Source: Polyangiaceae bacterium
GTDB lineage: Bacteria; Myxococcota_A; Polyangia; Polyangiales; Polyangiaceae
NCBI GenBank assembly: GCA_044222475.1
Contig: JBGANF010000021.1
Location: 17,763 to 81,762, forward strand
Length of the DNA stretch: 64,000 nucleotides
Reading direction: 5' to 3'
In this document: piece by piece, positions 1 to 9,915 of the stretch
How the letters are laid out: every line of letters begins with the position of its first letter
Position numbering within the stretch: position 1 is the stretch's first letter
Position numbers and translations under genes: made by a program
Notes under the pieces: generated by a model
The model's input: only the letters and a program-made list of their open reading frames with translations
What the model was told of the DNA's origin: nothing
Database searches by the model: none

Positions 1-1
1 C

Positions 2-1177
2 GATGTAGAGGACCGTGTGCCCGTGCGCGTAGATCGTGAGCGGACCTTTGGCCGCGATCGCATCGAGATAGTAGCTCCCACATGGGAGATCGATGCGCGC
101 GGGTTGGTTCGCGTTCGACGCCGCGAGGACGGTCGGGTCGAGCGCCGGCACCACGCTCGCGTTGTCGTTCTGCGTCTTGCGGAACGAGACCCAGCTCGAG
201 ATGGGCAGCGGCTTCGTGCAGTCGCAGGGTGGAGGCACCGAAACTGCCTGCTTCACGAGCTTCGAATACGTGACGCCCGCGCTGATGGTGCTACTGGGCG
301 AAACCGTGAGCGTCTTGGCGAACGTCAGCTTCGAACCAGTGACGTTTCCACCTACCGTCCCATTGTCGCCGACGTCGAACGTCTGGGTGGTGAGGTTGCC
401 GCCGACTTGCAGCTCCTGACGGACCCACGACGTCGACCCCGACGTGAGCCCATTTTGGGATGACGCAAAGAGCGAGCCGCCGACGTCCACCGCGCTCGAA
501 GCGGTGAACGTCTTGTCCAACCCCACACCAGCCCCGAGCTTGCCCTGGGACTTGTTGGAGCTGTCGAAACCGACGGTCGTGAACGAGCTCGTCAACGTGA
601 TGTCGGTACACGAACACAGCGCCCAAGCGAAGGTCGTCGCCGCGATGGTGCCCGTGCAGTTCGTATCCGTGTTGTCGAAGCTTTGCGGGCCGCCGCCGTT
701 CGGGCAATTGTTCGGACCGCCCTTCAAAACGAGCGCCGGCTTGCACGTGCCGGCCACGCATCCCTCCGTCGGCGGGCACTTGTTCCCGCAGGAACCGCAG
801 TTTCCGTCGTCGGTCTGGAAGTCGACGCAGAATCCGTTGCACTTGCTCAGCCCGGGGAGACAGTCGTTCGCACACGTTCCGGCCGAGCAAACCTGAGTGG
901 GCGGGCACTGCACGCCGCACCCACCGCAGTTCTTTGGGTCGACGGTGATCGGGATGCACTGCCCGTTGCACCGGGTTTGGTAGGGAGGGCAGCTCACCGC
1001 GGCATCGGCGTCCGTCGCCGCATCGAGGTTCGGAAGCGGCGACCCGTCGAGATCGCCATCGACGGTCCCGTCCGCGGCACCAGCGTCCGACGGTTCCGAC
1101 GCGTCCGTGCCGCACGCGACGAGCACCATCGCTGCGGCTACCCGGTATCCCAAAGAGGCGACCGATCTTCCAACCAT
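2..1177 (-). CDS. Cys-rich myxobacterial lipoprotein (partial, runs off the window start)
   Basis: Manual translation from ATG 1177: MVGRSVASLGYRVAAAMVLVACG (lipobox), repeated DPKNCGGCG / DDGNCGSCG Cys motifs; the frame appears open to the window edge, so it is missing from the ORF track. Confidence 0.75.
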   Translation of the reverse strand, partial: MVGRSVASLGYRVAAAMVLVACGTDASEPSDAGAADGTVDGDLDGSPLPNLDAATDADAAVSCPPYQTRCNGQCIPITVDPKNCGGCGVQCPPTQVCSAGTCANDCLPGLSKCNGFCVDFQTDDGNCGSCGNKCPPTEGCVAGTCKPALVLKGGPNNCPNGGGPQSFDNTDTNCTGTIAATTFAWALCSCTDITLTSSFTTVGFDSSNKSQGKLGAGVGLDKTFTASSAVDVGGSLFASSQNGLTSGSTSWVRQELQVGGNLTTQTFDVGDNGTVGGNVTGSKLTFAKTLTVSPSSTISAGVTYSKLVKQAVSVPPPCDCTKPLPISSWVSFRKTQNDNASVVPALDPTVLAASNANQPARIDLPCGSYYLDAIAAKGPLTIYAHGHTVLYI

Positions 1178-1237
1178 GGCAGCCAGTACCCTCATCCGGC
1201 CCCTATGAGGCAGCTCGTTCGTGCCCTCGCACTTGGA

Positions 1238-1774
1238 CTACGGGACGGGGACCCCTCCACACGTCCCGAACGTGCCTGGCAGCTTCCAATCGCTGATGTT
1301 GTTGCTCGAGCAGGTGGAGCTCGAACAACCTGGGTTCGGGGCGGCCGGATCGCAGAGCTGGACCTGGTTGCCCGTGCACGGGCCAGCCGAGCACACCGAC
1401 GCGTTTTGCGCGCCCGTGCGCTCGATGCAGCACACTTGCCCTGAAGCGCAGTCCGCGGTGCCGGAGCACTTCAGCGCCGAAAGCTGATCGCCGTTCTGCG
1501 GCGGCGGGCACGCTGCATGACACTCGTACTTCGCGCTACCGAGGTTCACGTATGCGCAGCACGTCTGTCCGACGGCGCACGTCGATGGGCCGCAAGAGAT
1601 CCGTGGACCGAGAGGCGCGTCGGCGGCGGAGTCGACGGCAGTTGCACCATCGCCGCCCGCGCCGTCGGCCGCAGCTTCGTTCACGCCCCCATCGGTCGCC
1701 GGTGCGAACCTGTCGACGCTGCACGCCGCGGTGGAGAGGGCGAGCACCCCGATCAGTTGCCGACGCCGCCACAC
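1238..1774 (-). CDS. Cys-rich lipoprotein, paralog of 1753..2310
   Basis: GTG 1774, lipobox TAAC, motifs TCCAY, LKCSGTADC, QLCDPAAPNPGC, NISDWKLP. Confidence 0.7.
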   Translation of the reverse strand: MWRRRQLIGVLALSTAACSVDRFAPATDGGVNEAAADGAGGDGATAVDSAADAPLGPRISCGPSTCAVGQTCCAYVNLGSAKYECHAACPPPQNGDQLSALKCSGTADCASGQVCCIERTGAQNASVCSAGPCTGNQVQLCDPAAPNPGCSSSTCSSNNISDWKLPGTFGTCGGVPVP

Positions 1775-2310
1775 GTGGCGTACCCCTTCGGAAGTCCCCA
1801 ATCGCCGATGTTGGCGGTCGAGCAAGTGGCGTTGGACGGACATCCAGAGTTGGGAGCGTTCGGATCGCACAGTTGTGCGCCGCCATTCGGGCACGCCTTC
1901 TCACACGAGGAGACCGTCTGTTTGTTCACGTCTTGATAGACGCAACACAGCGTTCCTTGCGCGCAGTTGCTGGTCCCACTGCACTTGAGACTCGTCCCCT
2001 GCGTGCCGCCGCCTACCTGAGGGCATATGGTCCCGTTGACGCACTGATACGTCCAGGTGGGTTGGGTCTGGTAGACGCAGCACGACTGTCCCGGAATCGC
2101 GCACTGCGAGCCACCGCAGGCGATCGCTTGTGGCGTGCCGCCCGGCCCTCCGTCGGCAGTGATCGACGGCGCGCCATCCGAGAACGGGCTGGCGTCGGAT
2201 GGCGTCGTCGAGCCGTCCGCCGAACCGTCCGGGGGGATGAAGAGTGTCGTGCTGTCGGCACCACCGCAGCCCGCGACGAAGAGAACGACCGTGGAAGCAA
2301 GAATTCGCAT
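1753..2310 (-). CDS. Cys-rich lipoprotein, paralog of 1238..1774
   Basis: Lipobox VAGC; SCCVY, LKCSGTSNC, QLCDPNAPNSGC, NIGDWGLP. Confidence 0.75.
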   Translation of the reverse strand: MRILASTVVLFVAGCGGADSTTLFIPPDGSADGSTTPSDASPFSDGAPSITADGGPGGTPQAIACGGSQCAIPGQSCCVYQTQPTWTYQCVNGTICPQVGGGTQGTSLKCSGTSNCAQGTLCCVYQDVNKQTVSSCEKACPNGGAQLCDPNAPNSGCPSNATCSTANIGDWGLPKGYATCGGVGN

Positions 2311-2579
2311 CTTCTGCCAACCTCCGCACGCGCGAGGAAATCGCGCTGTTCTCTCAGTGCCGCGACGGGCGAGCGGTCATGCAAAATTGTGGTCGCGCCG
2401 TCATGACTTCGACGATCGCAGGCGGCGCGCCGCAACGCGACGGATGAGTCGCCTGCCGTGTTGCACGATGCCCCATCGGCGAGGCAGACCGCCGCGGCGC
2501 ACACGAGCTGGTCACGCGCAGAAGTTGGTGCAGGGACGCTCGCCCCGTCGCCCGGACCCGCGCGGGATCGGCGCGGAGC

Positions 2580-5500
2580 TCAGCGTTTCGCGAGCACGCG
2601 GACCCACGACGGCAGCACGAGCAGGTTCGCGAGGGTCGAAAAGAGGAGCCCTGACAGCACCGCGATCGCCAGCGGGCGCTGGAGCTCGGCTCCGGCTCCG
2701 AACGAGAGCGCGAGCGGAAGCATCCCGGCGAGCGTCGCCCCGGTCGTCATCACGATCGGGCGCGCGCGCCTCCGCACCGCGGTGACGAGCGCATCCTCGA
2801 TCGTCGCGCCATCGCGACGCGCGCGGTCCGATACCTCGACGAGGAGGATCCCGTTCTTCACGACGAGCCCGAGGAGCAGCACGCACCCCATCATCGACGA
2901 CACATCGAGCGGCGTGCCGGTGACCCACAGCCCACCGAGCGCGAACGCAATGGCGAGCGGCGCTGTGAAGAGGACCGCCGCCGCCGACCGCAGGTTCCGA
3001 AACTGCGCGACCAACACGACCAGGACGAGCCCGAGCGCGGCCGCCCCTACGAGGAGGAGGTTCTTCGTCGCGTGACGCTGGGACTCGAGCTGGCCTCCGA
3101 TCTCGAGTCGCACGCCGCGCGGGCGGCTCACGTCGCGGAGCACCCGCTCGACGTCGGAGTGGACGCTTCCGAGATCGCGATCCTCGAGGTCACCGGTGAC
3201 GATCACGACGGGCTCGAGGCCCTCGCGCACGAGCTCGGTTGCCGTCTCGCGTCGCGAGACCGTGGCGAGCCCACCGAGGCTCACTCCCTCTCCCCGAGGC
3301 GTCGCGAGCGGAAGCGTGGCGAGCGCGTCGGGACGAAAGCGCAGGCCGTCCGGAGCGCGCAGGCGGACTCCGAGGATGCGATCCCCATACGGCATCGTCC
3401 CAACCTGCGTACCGAGCAAGAGATCATGCAGCTCGAACGACACGTCCTCCGGCGTCATCCCCAGGCGAGACGCCGCGGCGCGGGGGGCGGCGACCGCGAC
3501 GACCAGCGATGGGCGCTCGACGCCGCCATACACGTCCACGATGCCGGGGACGTGCTCGATCCGTGACGCGACGTCGGCGGCGACGCGCTCGATCTCGGCG
3601 CGATCGGAGCCGAAGACGCGGACCTCGACCGGGTGCGGCGTGCCCGAGAGATCGTTGAGCATGTCCTGGAGGAGCTTCACGTACTCCGCGCGAACCGCGG
3701 GCACGTCGGCTTCGACGCGCGCGCGAACGTCGGCGATGATCGCGTCGACGTGGCGTCGCTTCCCCGACGTCAATCGAACGACGAAGTCCCCTTGATGCAG
3801 CGGAGCGATCGCAGTCGGGTTGATCTGGACTCCGGTTCGTCGTGAGAACGTCGCGACCTCCGGCGTCTCGCGGAGGATGCGCTCGATCTTGGACGCGGCC
3901 GCGCTCGTGTCCTCGAGCGACGTCCCCGAAGGGGCAAAGTAGTCGAGCACGAAGGCACCTTCGTCGCACGACGGCATCAACCCGGAGGGAAGCTTCCGAC
4001 CCGCCACGAAAACGAACGCGATCGCGCCGAGCGCGAACGCCACGCCGAACCATGGACGGCGCGCGCCGAAGACGACCGACCGCTCCAACGACGAGGCGGT
4101 CTCCGTCCTCGCGACATGGGTGACGCGCTTCTTCATCACCCAGGCCGCGAGAATCGGCACGAACAGGAGCGACACGGCCAGCGAGATGATCACCGCAGCG
4201 GTCAACGTCTTCGCGAGCGCTTGGAAGAACGTGCCGACGACGCCATCGAGAAACGCCAACGGCAGGAACACGACGACGGTCGTGGCGGTCGTACCGAGCA
4301 CGGCGGGCGCGAGATCGTCGGTCCCCTTGATCGCCGCGTCGTGTGCGTCGTCGCCCTCCTCCAATCGTCGGGCGATCGCCTCGACGACGACGATCGCATC
4401 GTCGACGACGAGCCCGATGGAGACGGCCATCCCACCGAGGGACATCAGGTTCAACGTTTGCCCGAGCAGGAGCATCGCGAGGAACGTCATCGCGAGCGTG
4501 ATCGGCACAGCCGACGCCGCGACCAGCCCTGCGCGGAAGTCGCGAAGCACCAAGCCGAGCACGACGATCGAAAGTAGGATCCCCAGCGCGATCGCGTCGC
4601 GCACGCCGTGGATGGAATCCGTGACCAAAGCGCCTTGGTCGTACACCGGCTCGATCACGGTTCCGGGCGGCAGCAATGGCGTCGCCTCGTCGGCGGCGGT
4701 GATCGCGCCCGAGACGACCGCCGGAGTGCTCGCGCCGTCGACACGGCTCACGGTGACGAGGACCGCCGGCCCGCGCGGTCCGCTCGTTTCGTGCAGCCGA
4801 TCCTCGGCGCCGATCGTGACGTCGGCGATGGCGGCGAGCGGTATCGCGCCCCCCTCGGGCGACTGAGCGACGATGATGGCGCCCAGATCGTCGACCTTCA
4901 GCTGCGGCGTCGTCGCGACGACCGTCAACGTCGCGTGCTCGGCGGTTCCGCGTCCGACCGCCGCACGCGGGATCGACCGCCGAATGGCCGTCGCGATCGC
5001 TTCGTACGACAGATGCAACGCGGCGGCTCGCGCCGGGTCGACCACCACTTCGACCTCGCGGACGTCACCGCCGACGATGCCCACGGCACCGACGCCGTGC
5101 ACGCGGGAAAGCATGGGGCGAAAGACGAGCTCTGCCGCGTCCCGTAGGTCACGCGGGTCGCCGCCGCCGGAGACGTTGAACGAGAGGATCGGAAACGACA
5201 CCGGAGTGACTCGCTCCACCGTCGTGACGACTCCCGCAGGGAGCGACGAGCGCGCGTCGGCGAGGTTGCCTTCGACGAGCTGGAGCGCCCGCCACATGTC
5301 CGTTCCGGGGCTGAAGAGGAGCTGGACATCCGCGCCGCCGCGAAGCGTGCGGCTTCGAACTCGCTCCACGCCGACTACGCCGAGGAGCGCCTGCTCGACG
5401 CGACGCGTCGCTCCCCGCTCGAAGACGTCGGGAGGGTCGTCTCCCCCGCGCAAGAGGACGCTGATCCGCGGGAAGTCCATCTCCGGGTAGATGCCGCTCG

Positions 5501-5597
5501 CCAGGCGCGTCGCCGAGACGACGCCGGCGAGCGAGAGCCCGACGAACACCAGCACGAGCAGCGCGCGGTTCGCGAGCGCGAAGCGCCCGATGGTCAC
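2580..5597 (-). CDS. RND efflux permease (AcrB/CzcA family)
   Basis: About 1005 aa from GTG 5597, overlapping the upstream stop; GLVVDDAIVVVE, RARPIVMTT, ELQRPLAIAVLSGL. Confidence 0.92.
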   Translation of the reverse strand: MTIGRFALANRALLVLVFVGLSLAGVVSATRLASGIYPEMDFPRISVLLRGGDDPPDVFERGATRRVEQALLGVVGVERVRSRTLRGGADVQLLFSPGTDMWRALQLVEGNLADARSSLPAGVVTTVERVTPVSFPILSFNVSGGGDPRDLRDAAELVFRPMLSRVHGVGAVGIVGGDVREVEVVVDPARAAALHLSYEAIATAIRRSIPRAAVGRGTAEHATLTVVATTPQLKVDDLGAIIVAQSPEGGAIPLAAIADVTIGAEDRLHETSGPRGPAVLVTVSRVDGASTPAVVSGAITAADEATPLLPPGTVIEPVYDQGALVTDSIHGVRDAIALGILLSIVVLGLVLRDFRAGLVAASAVPITLAMTFLAMLLLGQTLNLMSLGGMAVSIGLVVDDAIVVVEAIARRLEEGDDAHDAAIKGTDDLAPAVLGTTATTVVVFLPLAFLDGVVGTFFQALAKTLTAAVIISLAVSLLFVPILAAWVMKKRVTHVARTETASSLERSVVFGARRPWFGVAFALGAIAFVFVAGRKLPSGLMPSCDEGAFVLDYFAPSGTSLEDTSAAASKIERILRETPEVATFSRRTGVQINPTAIAPLHQGDFVVRLTSGKRRHVDAIIADVRARVEADVPAVRAEYVKLLQDMLNDLSGTPHPVEVRVFGSDRAEIERVAADVASRIEHVPGIVDVYGGVERPSLVVAVAAPRAAASRLGMTPEDVSFELHDLLLGTQVGTMPYGDRILGVRLRAPDGLRFRPDALATLPLATPRGEGVSLGGLATVSRRETATELVREGLEPVVIVTGDLEDRDLGSVHSDVERVLRDVSRPRGVRLEIGGQLESQRHATKNLLLVGAAALGLVLVVLVAQFRNLRSAAAVLFTAPLAIAFALGGLWVTGTPLDVSSMMGCVLLLGLVVKNGILLVEVSDRARRDGATIEDALVTAVRRRARPIVMTTGATLAGMLPLALSFGAGAELQRPLAIAVLSGLLFSTLANLLVLPSWVRVLAKR

Positions 5598-6661
5598 TGC
5601 GCGACCTCGCGAATCTTGGCTCCGTCCTCGACCCCGAGCGCCCCATCGGCGGCGACGCGGTCGCCGGCCGACACCCCCTCGACCGCGACGAGATCGCCGG
5701 GGAGCGCACCGGCCGCCTTCACCGAGACCACGCGCGCCGTAGCCCCACAGACGAGGACCTCGCTCTTGTCCCCTCCGGCGCTTCGCACCGCCGCCCGAGG
5801 GACCGCGACGACGGCGCGGTCGCTTCCGAGGTCGATCGTCGCGCTCACGAGCGCGCCGAGCACCGCCTTGGCCCCCGAGCCGAGGGTCACCCGGACCGTT
5901 CCGAGCCCCGTCACGCGGTCGACCGAGGGCGGAGCAGCGAGGACGACGCCGTCGAACGATGTACCAGGCTGGGACACGAACGACACCTTCGCCTTCTGCC
6001 CCGGAGCGACCCGCGCAAGGTCGGCAGCACTCGCAGTGAGCACGACCTCGGCCGCGGCCGGGTCGGCGATCTCCGCGATGGCGGTGGCGCTCGTACCGTC
6101 GACGATGTCGCCCTGCCGCCGAAGAACGCGCAGCACGATCCCACTCTGGGACGACCGCACGTTGCACCTACCGGCGACGAGGTTCGCGTCGTCGACGCGG
6201 GCGCGCTCGGCGTCGACCGCGCTCTTTGCGGCGGCCTCGCGCGCGGTCGCCGCTTCGAGTGCCTGCTTGGCGGCGATCCCACGCTCGACGAGGTGAGCCT
6301 CGCGCTCTCGCGCGGCTTTGGCCTCGACGAGAGCCGCGTTGGCCGAGTCGAGGCCCGCCTGAGCCTGCTTCGCCGCATCGACGTGAGGTCCGCACTCGAT
6401 CTCCGCGATCAGCGCTCCGGGCGTGACCGCGTCTCCTTCGCGCACCTTGATCGCTCGAATGCGACCCGCGACCTCGGCGGCGACGACGCTGTCCTTGTCC
6501 GGTCGAGCGGCGATGGCACCGCGAAGTGTGAGCTCGTCGTGCACCGTCTGCGCCACGGCAGCGACGCAGTGGACCGGGTGCGCCTCGGCGACGGTCTCCG
6601 TCTCGTGCGGCTTGCAGGCCACCGTGACGCCGAGCGCGATGGTGATGGCGACCCACCTCAT
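5594..6661 (-). CDS. RND membrane fusion protein (lipoprotein)
   Basis: ATG 6661, lipobox TVAC, lipoyl-like VAGRIRAIKVREGDAV, coiled-coil hairpin; lies between tolC and the permease. Confidence 0.88.
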   Translation of the reverse strand: MRWVAITIALGVTVACKPHETETVAEAHPVHCVAAVAQTVHDELTLRGAIAARPDKDSVVAAEVAGRIRAIKVREGDAVTPGALIAEIECGPHVDAAKQAQAGLDSANAALVEAKAAREREAHLVERGIAAKQALEAATAREAAAKSAVDAERARVDDANLVAGRCNVRSSQSGIVLRVLRRQGDIVDGTSATAIAEIADPAAAEVVLTASAADLARVAPGQKAKVSFVSQPGTSFDGVVLAAPPSVDRVTGLGTVRVTLGSGAKAVLGALVSATIDLGSDRAVVAVPRAAVRSAGGDKSEVLVCGATARVVSVKAAGALPGDLVAVEGVSAGDRVAADGALGVEDGAKIREVAQ

Positions 6662-7869
6662 GGGAGGCCCGCCGCCCATCGAAGCCGGGCGATCGCGCGA
6701 CCACGCTCCGCCTCGGTGCGCACCGCGGAGAGCCGGGTCTGCGCGAGCGTCTGCGCCGCCGCGAGGACCGCAGTCAGATCGAGCGCGCCATGCTCGTACG
6801 CTTCGATCGACAGCGCGGCAGCTTGCTCGGCGGCGGGGAGGACCTTCTCGACCGTCGCACGCGCACGACCGATCGCCGCGAGCGCTTCGGCTCGGGCCGC
6901 GGCGAGTCGACCGGTAGCGTCGACGCGCGCACCGTCGGCCGCCACCGCGGCGAGCGCGCGCTGACTGTCGGCACGCGTGACGAGCGGCCCGTCGAAGAGC
7001 GGGATGTCGAGCGCGATCCCGAACTGCACGTCGTTCTCCGGTGCCTGACGGCGGAGGAAATTTCCGCCGGCTTGGAGCGCCAGCACGGGGAACCGCGCGC
7101 GACCTGCTTGCGCAGCGGCCGCATCGGCCTCGCGAACCGCGGCGTCGGCCGTGCGTACCAGCGGATGCCGATCGACCGCGGCAGCATCGTTGCCGGCGGG
7201 AGGAACGTCCGTCTCTCCGAGCGGAGGACCTCGCGTGACGTAGTGCTCCGTCTGCGCATCGGCCCCGAGCGCAAGGGCGAGCCGCGCCTCCTGCGCCCGA
7301 ACGCCGATCGCGAGCGCGTCGGCTTCCGCGAGCGCGCGCGCTGCGTCGGCCTCGGCGCGGAGCACGTCGAGGTGGGGCGAAGAGCCCTCGTCCTCTCGCG
7401 CTCGCGCGACGGTGGCAACGCGCTCGCTGCGGGTCGCTTCGTCGCGCGCGATCGCGCTCTCGTGCTCGGCGAGCCAGAGGTCGATCCACGCGAGGGCGGC
7501 GGCGAGCCGAGCGTCGAGCTTCACCGCGCCGAGGCTCGCCTCTCTCGTGGCGACCAGAGCACGGCCGGCGTCCCGTGCGACTCCGACCTGTCCGAAGACG
7601 GGGAGGAAGAACACGACGCTCCCGGTGAGGATCGCGGTGGCGGTGGTCGTACCGAGCGCGACGCGCGGGTTCGGGAAGATGCCGGCCACGCCAATCTCCG
7701 TGCGGGCTGCGTCCACGCGGGCCGTCGCGATGCGCGGCTGCGTCGCCCCCATCGCTGCGAGATCGAGCGCCTCGCCGATCGCGATCGACCGCGGAGGCGC
7801 CTCGGCGCGCGCTGCCGCGGAGCACGATAGGCTCGCGACGACGAGGCATGCGAGGAGGCGACGAATCAC
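6658..7869 (-). CDS. TolC family outer-membrane factor
   Basis: Signal peptide, PNP motif, LDIPLFD, AYEHGALDLTAVL. Confidence 0.88.
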   Translation of the reverse strand: MIRRLLACLVVASLSCSAAARAEAPPRSIAIGEALDLAAMGATQPRIATARVDAARTEIGVAGIFPNPRVALGTTTATAILTGSVVFFLPVFGQVGVARDAGRALVATREASLGAVKLDARLAAALAWIDLWLAEHESAIARDEATRSERVATVARAREDEGSSPHLDVLRAEADAARALAEADALAIGVRAQEARLALALGADAQTEHYVTRGPPLGETDVPPAGNDAAAVDRHPLVRTADAAVREADAAAAQAGRARFPVLALQAGGNFLRRQAPENDVQFGIALDIPLFDGPLVTRADSQRALAAVAADGARVDATGRLAAARAEALAAIGRARATVEKVLPAAEQAAALSIEAYEHGALDLTAVLAAAQTLAQTRLSAVRTEAERGRAIARLRWAAGLP

Positions 7870-7875
7870 GACGCC

Positions 7876-7910
7876 ATCCTAGAATCAGCCCCTTAACGGC
7901 GGCTTAACGG
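7876..7910 (-). promoter_or_regulatory. OmpR-family direct-repeat box plus -10 element for the tolC-MFP-RND operon
   Basis: CTTAACGG at 7892-7899 and 7903-7910 (11-bp period); minus-strand TAGGAT at 7881-7876 begins 12 nt before the GTG. Confidence 0.65.
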
Positions 7911-9193
7911 GCCTCCCAGCGGGGGAAACGAAGGCGCGCGCGGAACCCGGACTTCGGAGGGCCGACGTTCTCCAGCGTGAGGGAGCCGCCATGAAGCCGT
8001 GCGACGTGGTCGACGAGCGCAAGACCGATTCCCGTGCCTCGGCTCTTCCCCGAACCTTCACCCCGAACGAACGCGACCTTGACGCGTTCGAGCTCGGCTT
8101 CGACGATCCCCTTCCCTTCGTCGACCACGTCGACGGTGACGTCGTCGCCGAGCGTCGTCGCAATCGTCACGGTTCCTTCGCCGTGGAGCAGCGCGTTCTC
8201 GACCAGGTTGCGCAGCGCGTGCTCGAGGAGCGCCGGCTCGCCCGATACGAGGGCATCCGCAGTGCGAGACACCTCGACGCGCGCTCGCTCCTGCTCGTCG
8301 AGCCCACGCAGAACCGCATCGACGGTATCGGAGAGATCGACGGGCTCGACCTGGGGGAGCGCGCCGCGCGCGATCGCAAGGAGAGCCTCGGTCAGGCGAA
8401 CGAGATCGGTCACGTTGGCGAGTGCGAGACGAATACGGTCCTTCGGCTCGCCCGCGAGCCCCGGCTCCTGAAGCGCGAGCTCGAGCTGTCCCCGGAGGCG
8501 CGTCAGCGGCGTGCGTAGCTCGTGGGCGGCGTCGGCGACGAAGCGTGTCTCTCGCGCGGTCGCGATTTCGGCCCGGGCGAGCGCGGCGCGCAGGGCCGCG
8601 GAGAGCGAGTCCACCTCGGCGAGCCCCCATGTTTCCGGGACGTCGGTGCTGCGCGGGAGGGCGTCAGCGTCGCGGAGCTTCGCCTCGAGACGGAGGAGCG
8701 GAACCACTGCGCCGCGAGCGGAGCGACGGCCGGCGGCGAAGAGGAGAAACCCCGACAGAAGCGCGGTCAGGAAGATGGCCACACCGACCGGTGCCGCGAC
8801 CGATGCGATGCTCCGCAGCGGCGTCACGACGACGACATGGAAGCTCGCGATCGAGGCTCGGCACCGTCGTTCGGTCGCCTCGAACGTGCACCCGTCGCTC
8901 CCCGAGTCGCGCGCGGCACCGCCGAGGGTCTCGCTGCCGTCGAACGCCTCGACGGTGCGCGCACCGAGGGCGAGCTCACTGGTCTCCTTCGCGAACACGC
9001 TGCGCGCGGTCGCGTGCCCTGCCTCGTCGAGCTCTTGCGCGAGATCGTGCGCGATCGCGATCGCTTCGTCGTCGTCCTGCTTCAATGCTGCTGCGAACGA
9101 CACCAGAAGCCCAATCGCGATGACCGTGCCCGAGGTCACGACGACGGTACGAAGGATCGCACGATCGAGGACGCGCCGAAGGGAGGCGCTCAC
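7904..9193 (-). CDS. Sensor histidine kinase
   Basis: Two TM segments, H-box ADAAHELRTPL, N-box NLVENAL, G-boxes DEGKGI and GTGIGL. Confidence 0.93.
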   Translation of the reverse strand: MSASLRRVLDRAILRTVVVTSGTVIAIGLLVSFAAALKQDDDEAIAIAHDLAQELDEAGHATARSVFAKETSELALGARTVEAFDGSETLGGAARDSGSDGCTFEATERRCRASIASFHVVVVTPLRSIASVAAPVGVAIFLTALLSGFLLFAAGRRSARGAVVPLLRLEAKLRDADALPRSTDVPETWGLAEVDSLSAALRAALARAEIATARETRFVADAAHELRTPLTRLRGQLELALQEPGLAGEPKDRIRLALANVTDLVRLTEALLAIARGALPQVEPVDLSDTVDAVLRGLDEQERARVEVSRTADALVSGEPALLEHALRNLVENALLHGEGTVTIATTLGDDVTVDVVDEGKGIVEAELERVKVAFVRGEGSGKSRGTGIGLALVDHVARLHGGSLTLENVGPPKSGFRARLRFPRWEAR

Positions 9194-9900
9194 TCGTCAC
9201 CGTAGGTCTTGGGACCGTGGGCCTTGGGACCGTCGAGCGCGTAGCCGTTCCCGCGGACCGTCCGAACGATCGGCGTTCCCGCTGGACCATCGAGCTTGCG
9301 CCGGATGCGCGACAAGATGACGTCGAGGCTCGCGCGCGCGCCGTCGTCGGCTTCGCCCCACACGCGCTCGAGAAGCGTCTCGGTCGGCACCACGCGCCCT
9401 TCGGCCATCGCGAGCACGCGCAGGACCTCCCACTCGCGGGCGGTGATCGGCAGGGTCGATTCGCCGGCTCGAGCCACTCGGCGGTCGAAATCCAGCGTCA
9501 GCTCGCCGATGCGGATCGTCCCGTCGACCCGAGCTTCACCGCGCCGCGCGAGGGCGCGCGCGCGCAGGACGAGCTCGCGTACGGCAAACGGCTTTGCCAG
9601 ATAGTCGTCGGCGCCGGCTTCGAGGCCGTCGACGCGCGCGTCCACCGCACCTCTCGCGCTGAGGAAGAGAACCGGAGTCCGCACTCCGCGCCGCCGAAGG
9701 TCGCGGCAGACGTCGAGCCCGCTCGCCCCTTCGAGCATCACGTCGAAGACGAAGAGCGCAAAGGGCTCGGCGGCCGACGCGAGCTCGGCCTCGAGCTCGG
9801 CCGGCGACGCCGCCGACGCGACGTCGAACCCGTCGCGAGAGAGGGCACGCACGACGACCTCACGAGTCTCGGCGTCGTCGTCGAGGACCAGGGCGCGCAC
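9190..9900 (-). CDS. OmpR-family response regulator
   Basis: REC domain (VLDDD, FDVML, GADDYLAKPF) plus winged helix ending VRTVRGNGY. Confidence 0.93.
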   Translation of the reverse strand: MRALVLDDDAETREVVVRALSRDGFDVASAASPAELEAELASAAEPFALFVFDVMLEGASGLDVCRDLRRRGVRTPVLFLSARGAVDARVDGLEAGADDYLAKPFAVRELVLRARALARRGEARVDGTIRIGELTLDFDRRVARAGESTLPITAREWEVLRVLAMAEGRVVPTETLLERVWGEADDGARASLDVILSRIRRKLDGPAGTPIVRTVRGNGYALDGPKAHGPKTYGDE

Positions 9901-9915
9901 CGCGGCAGTCTACGC

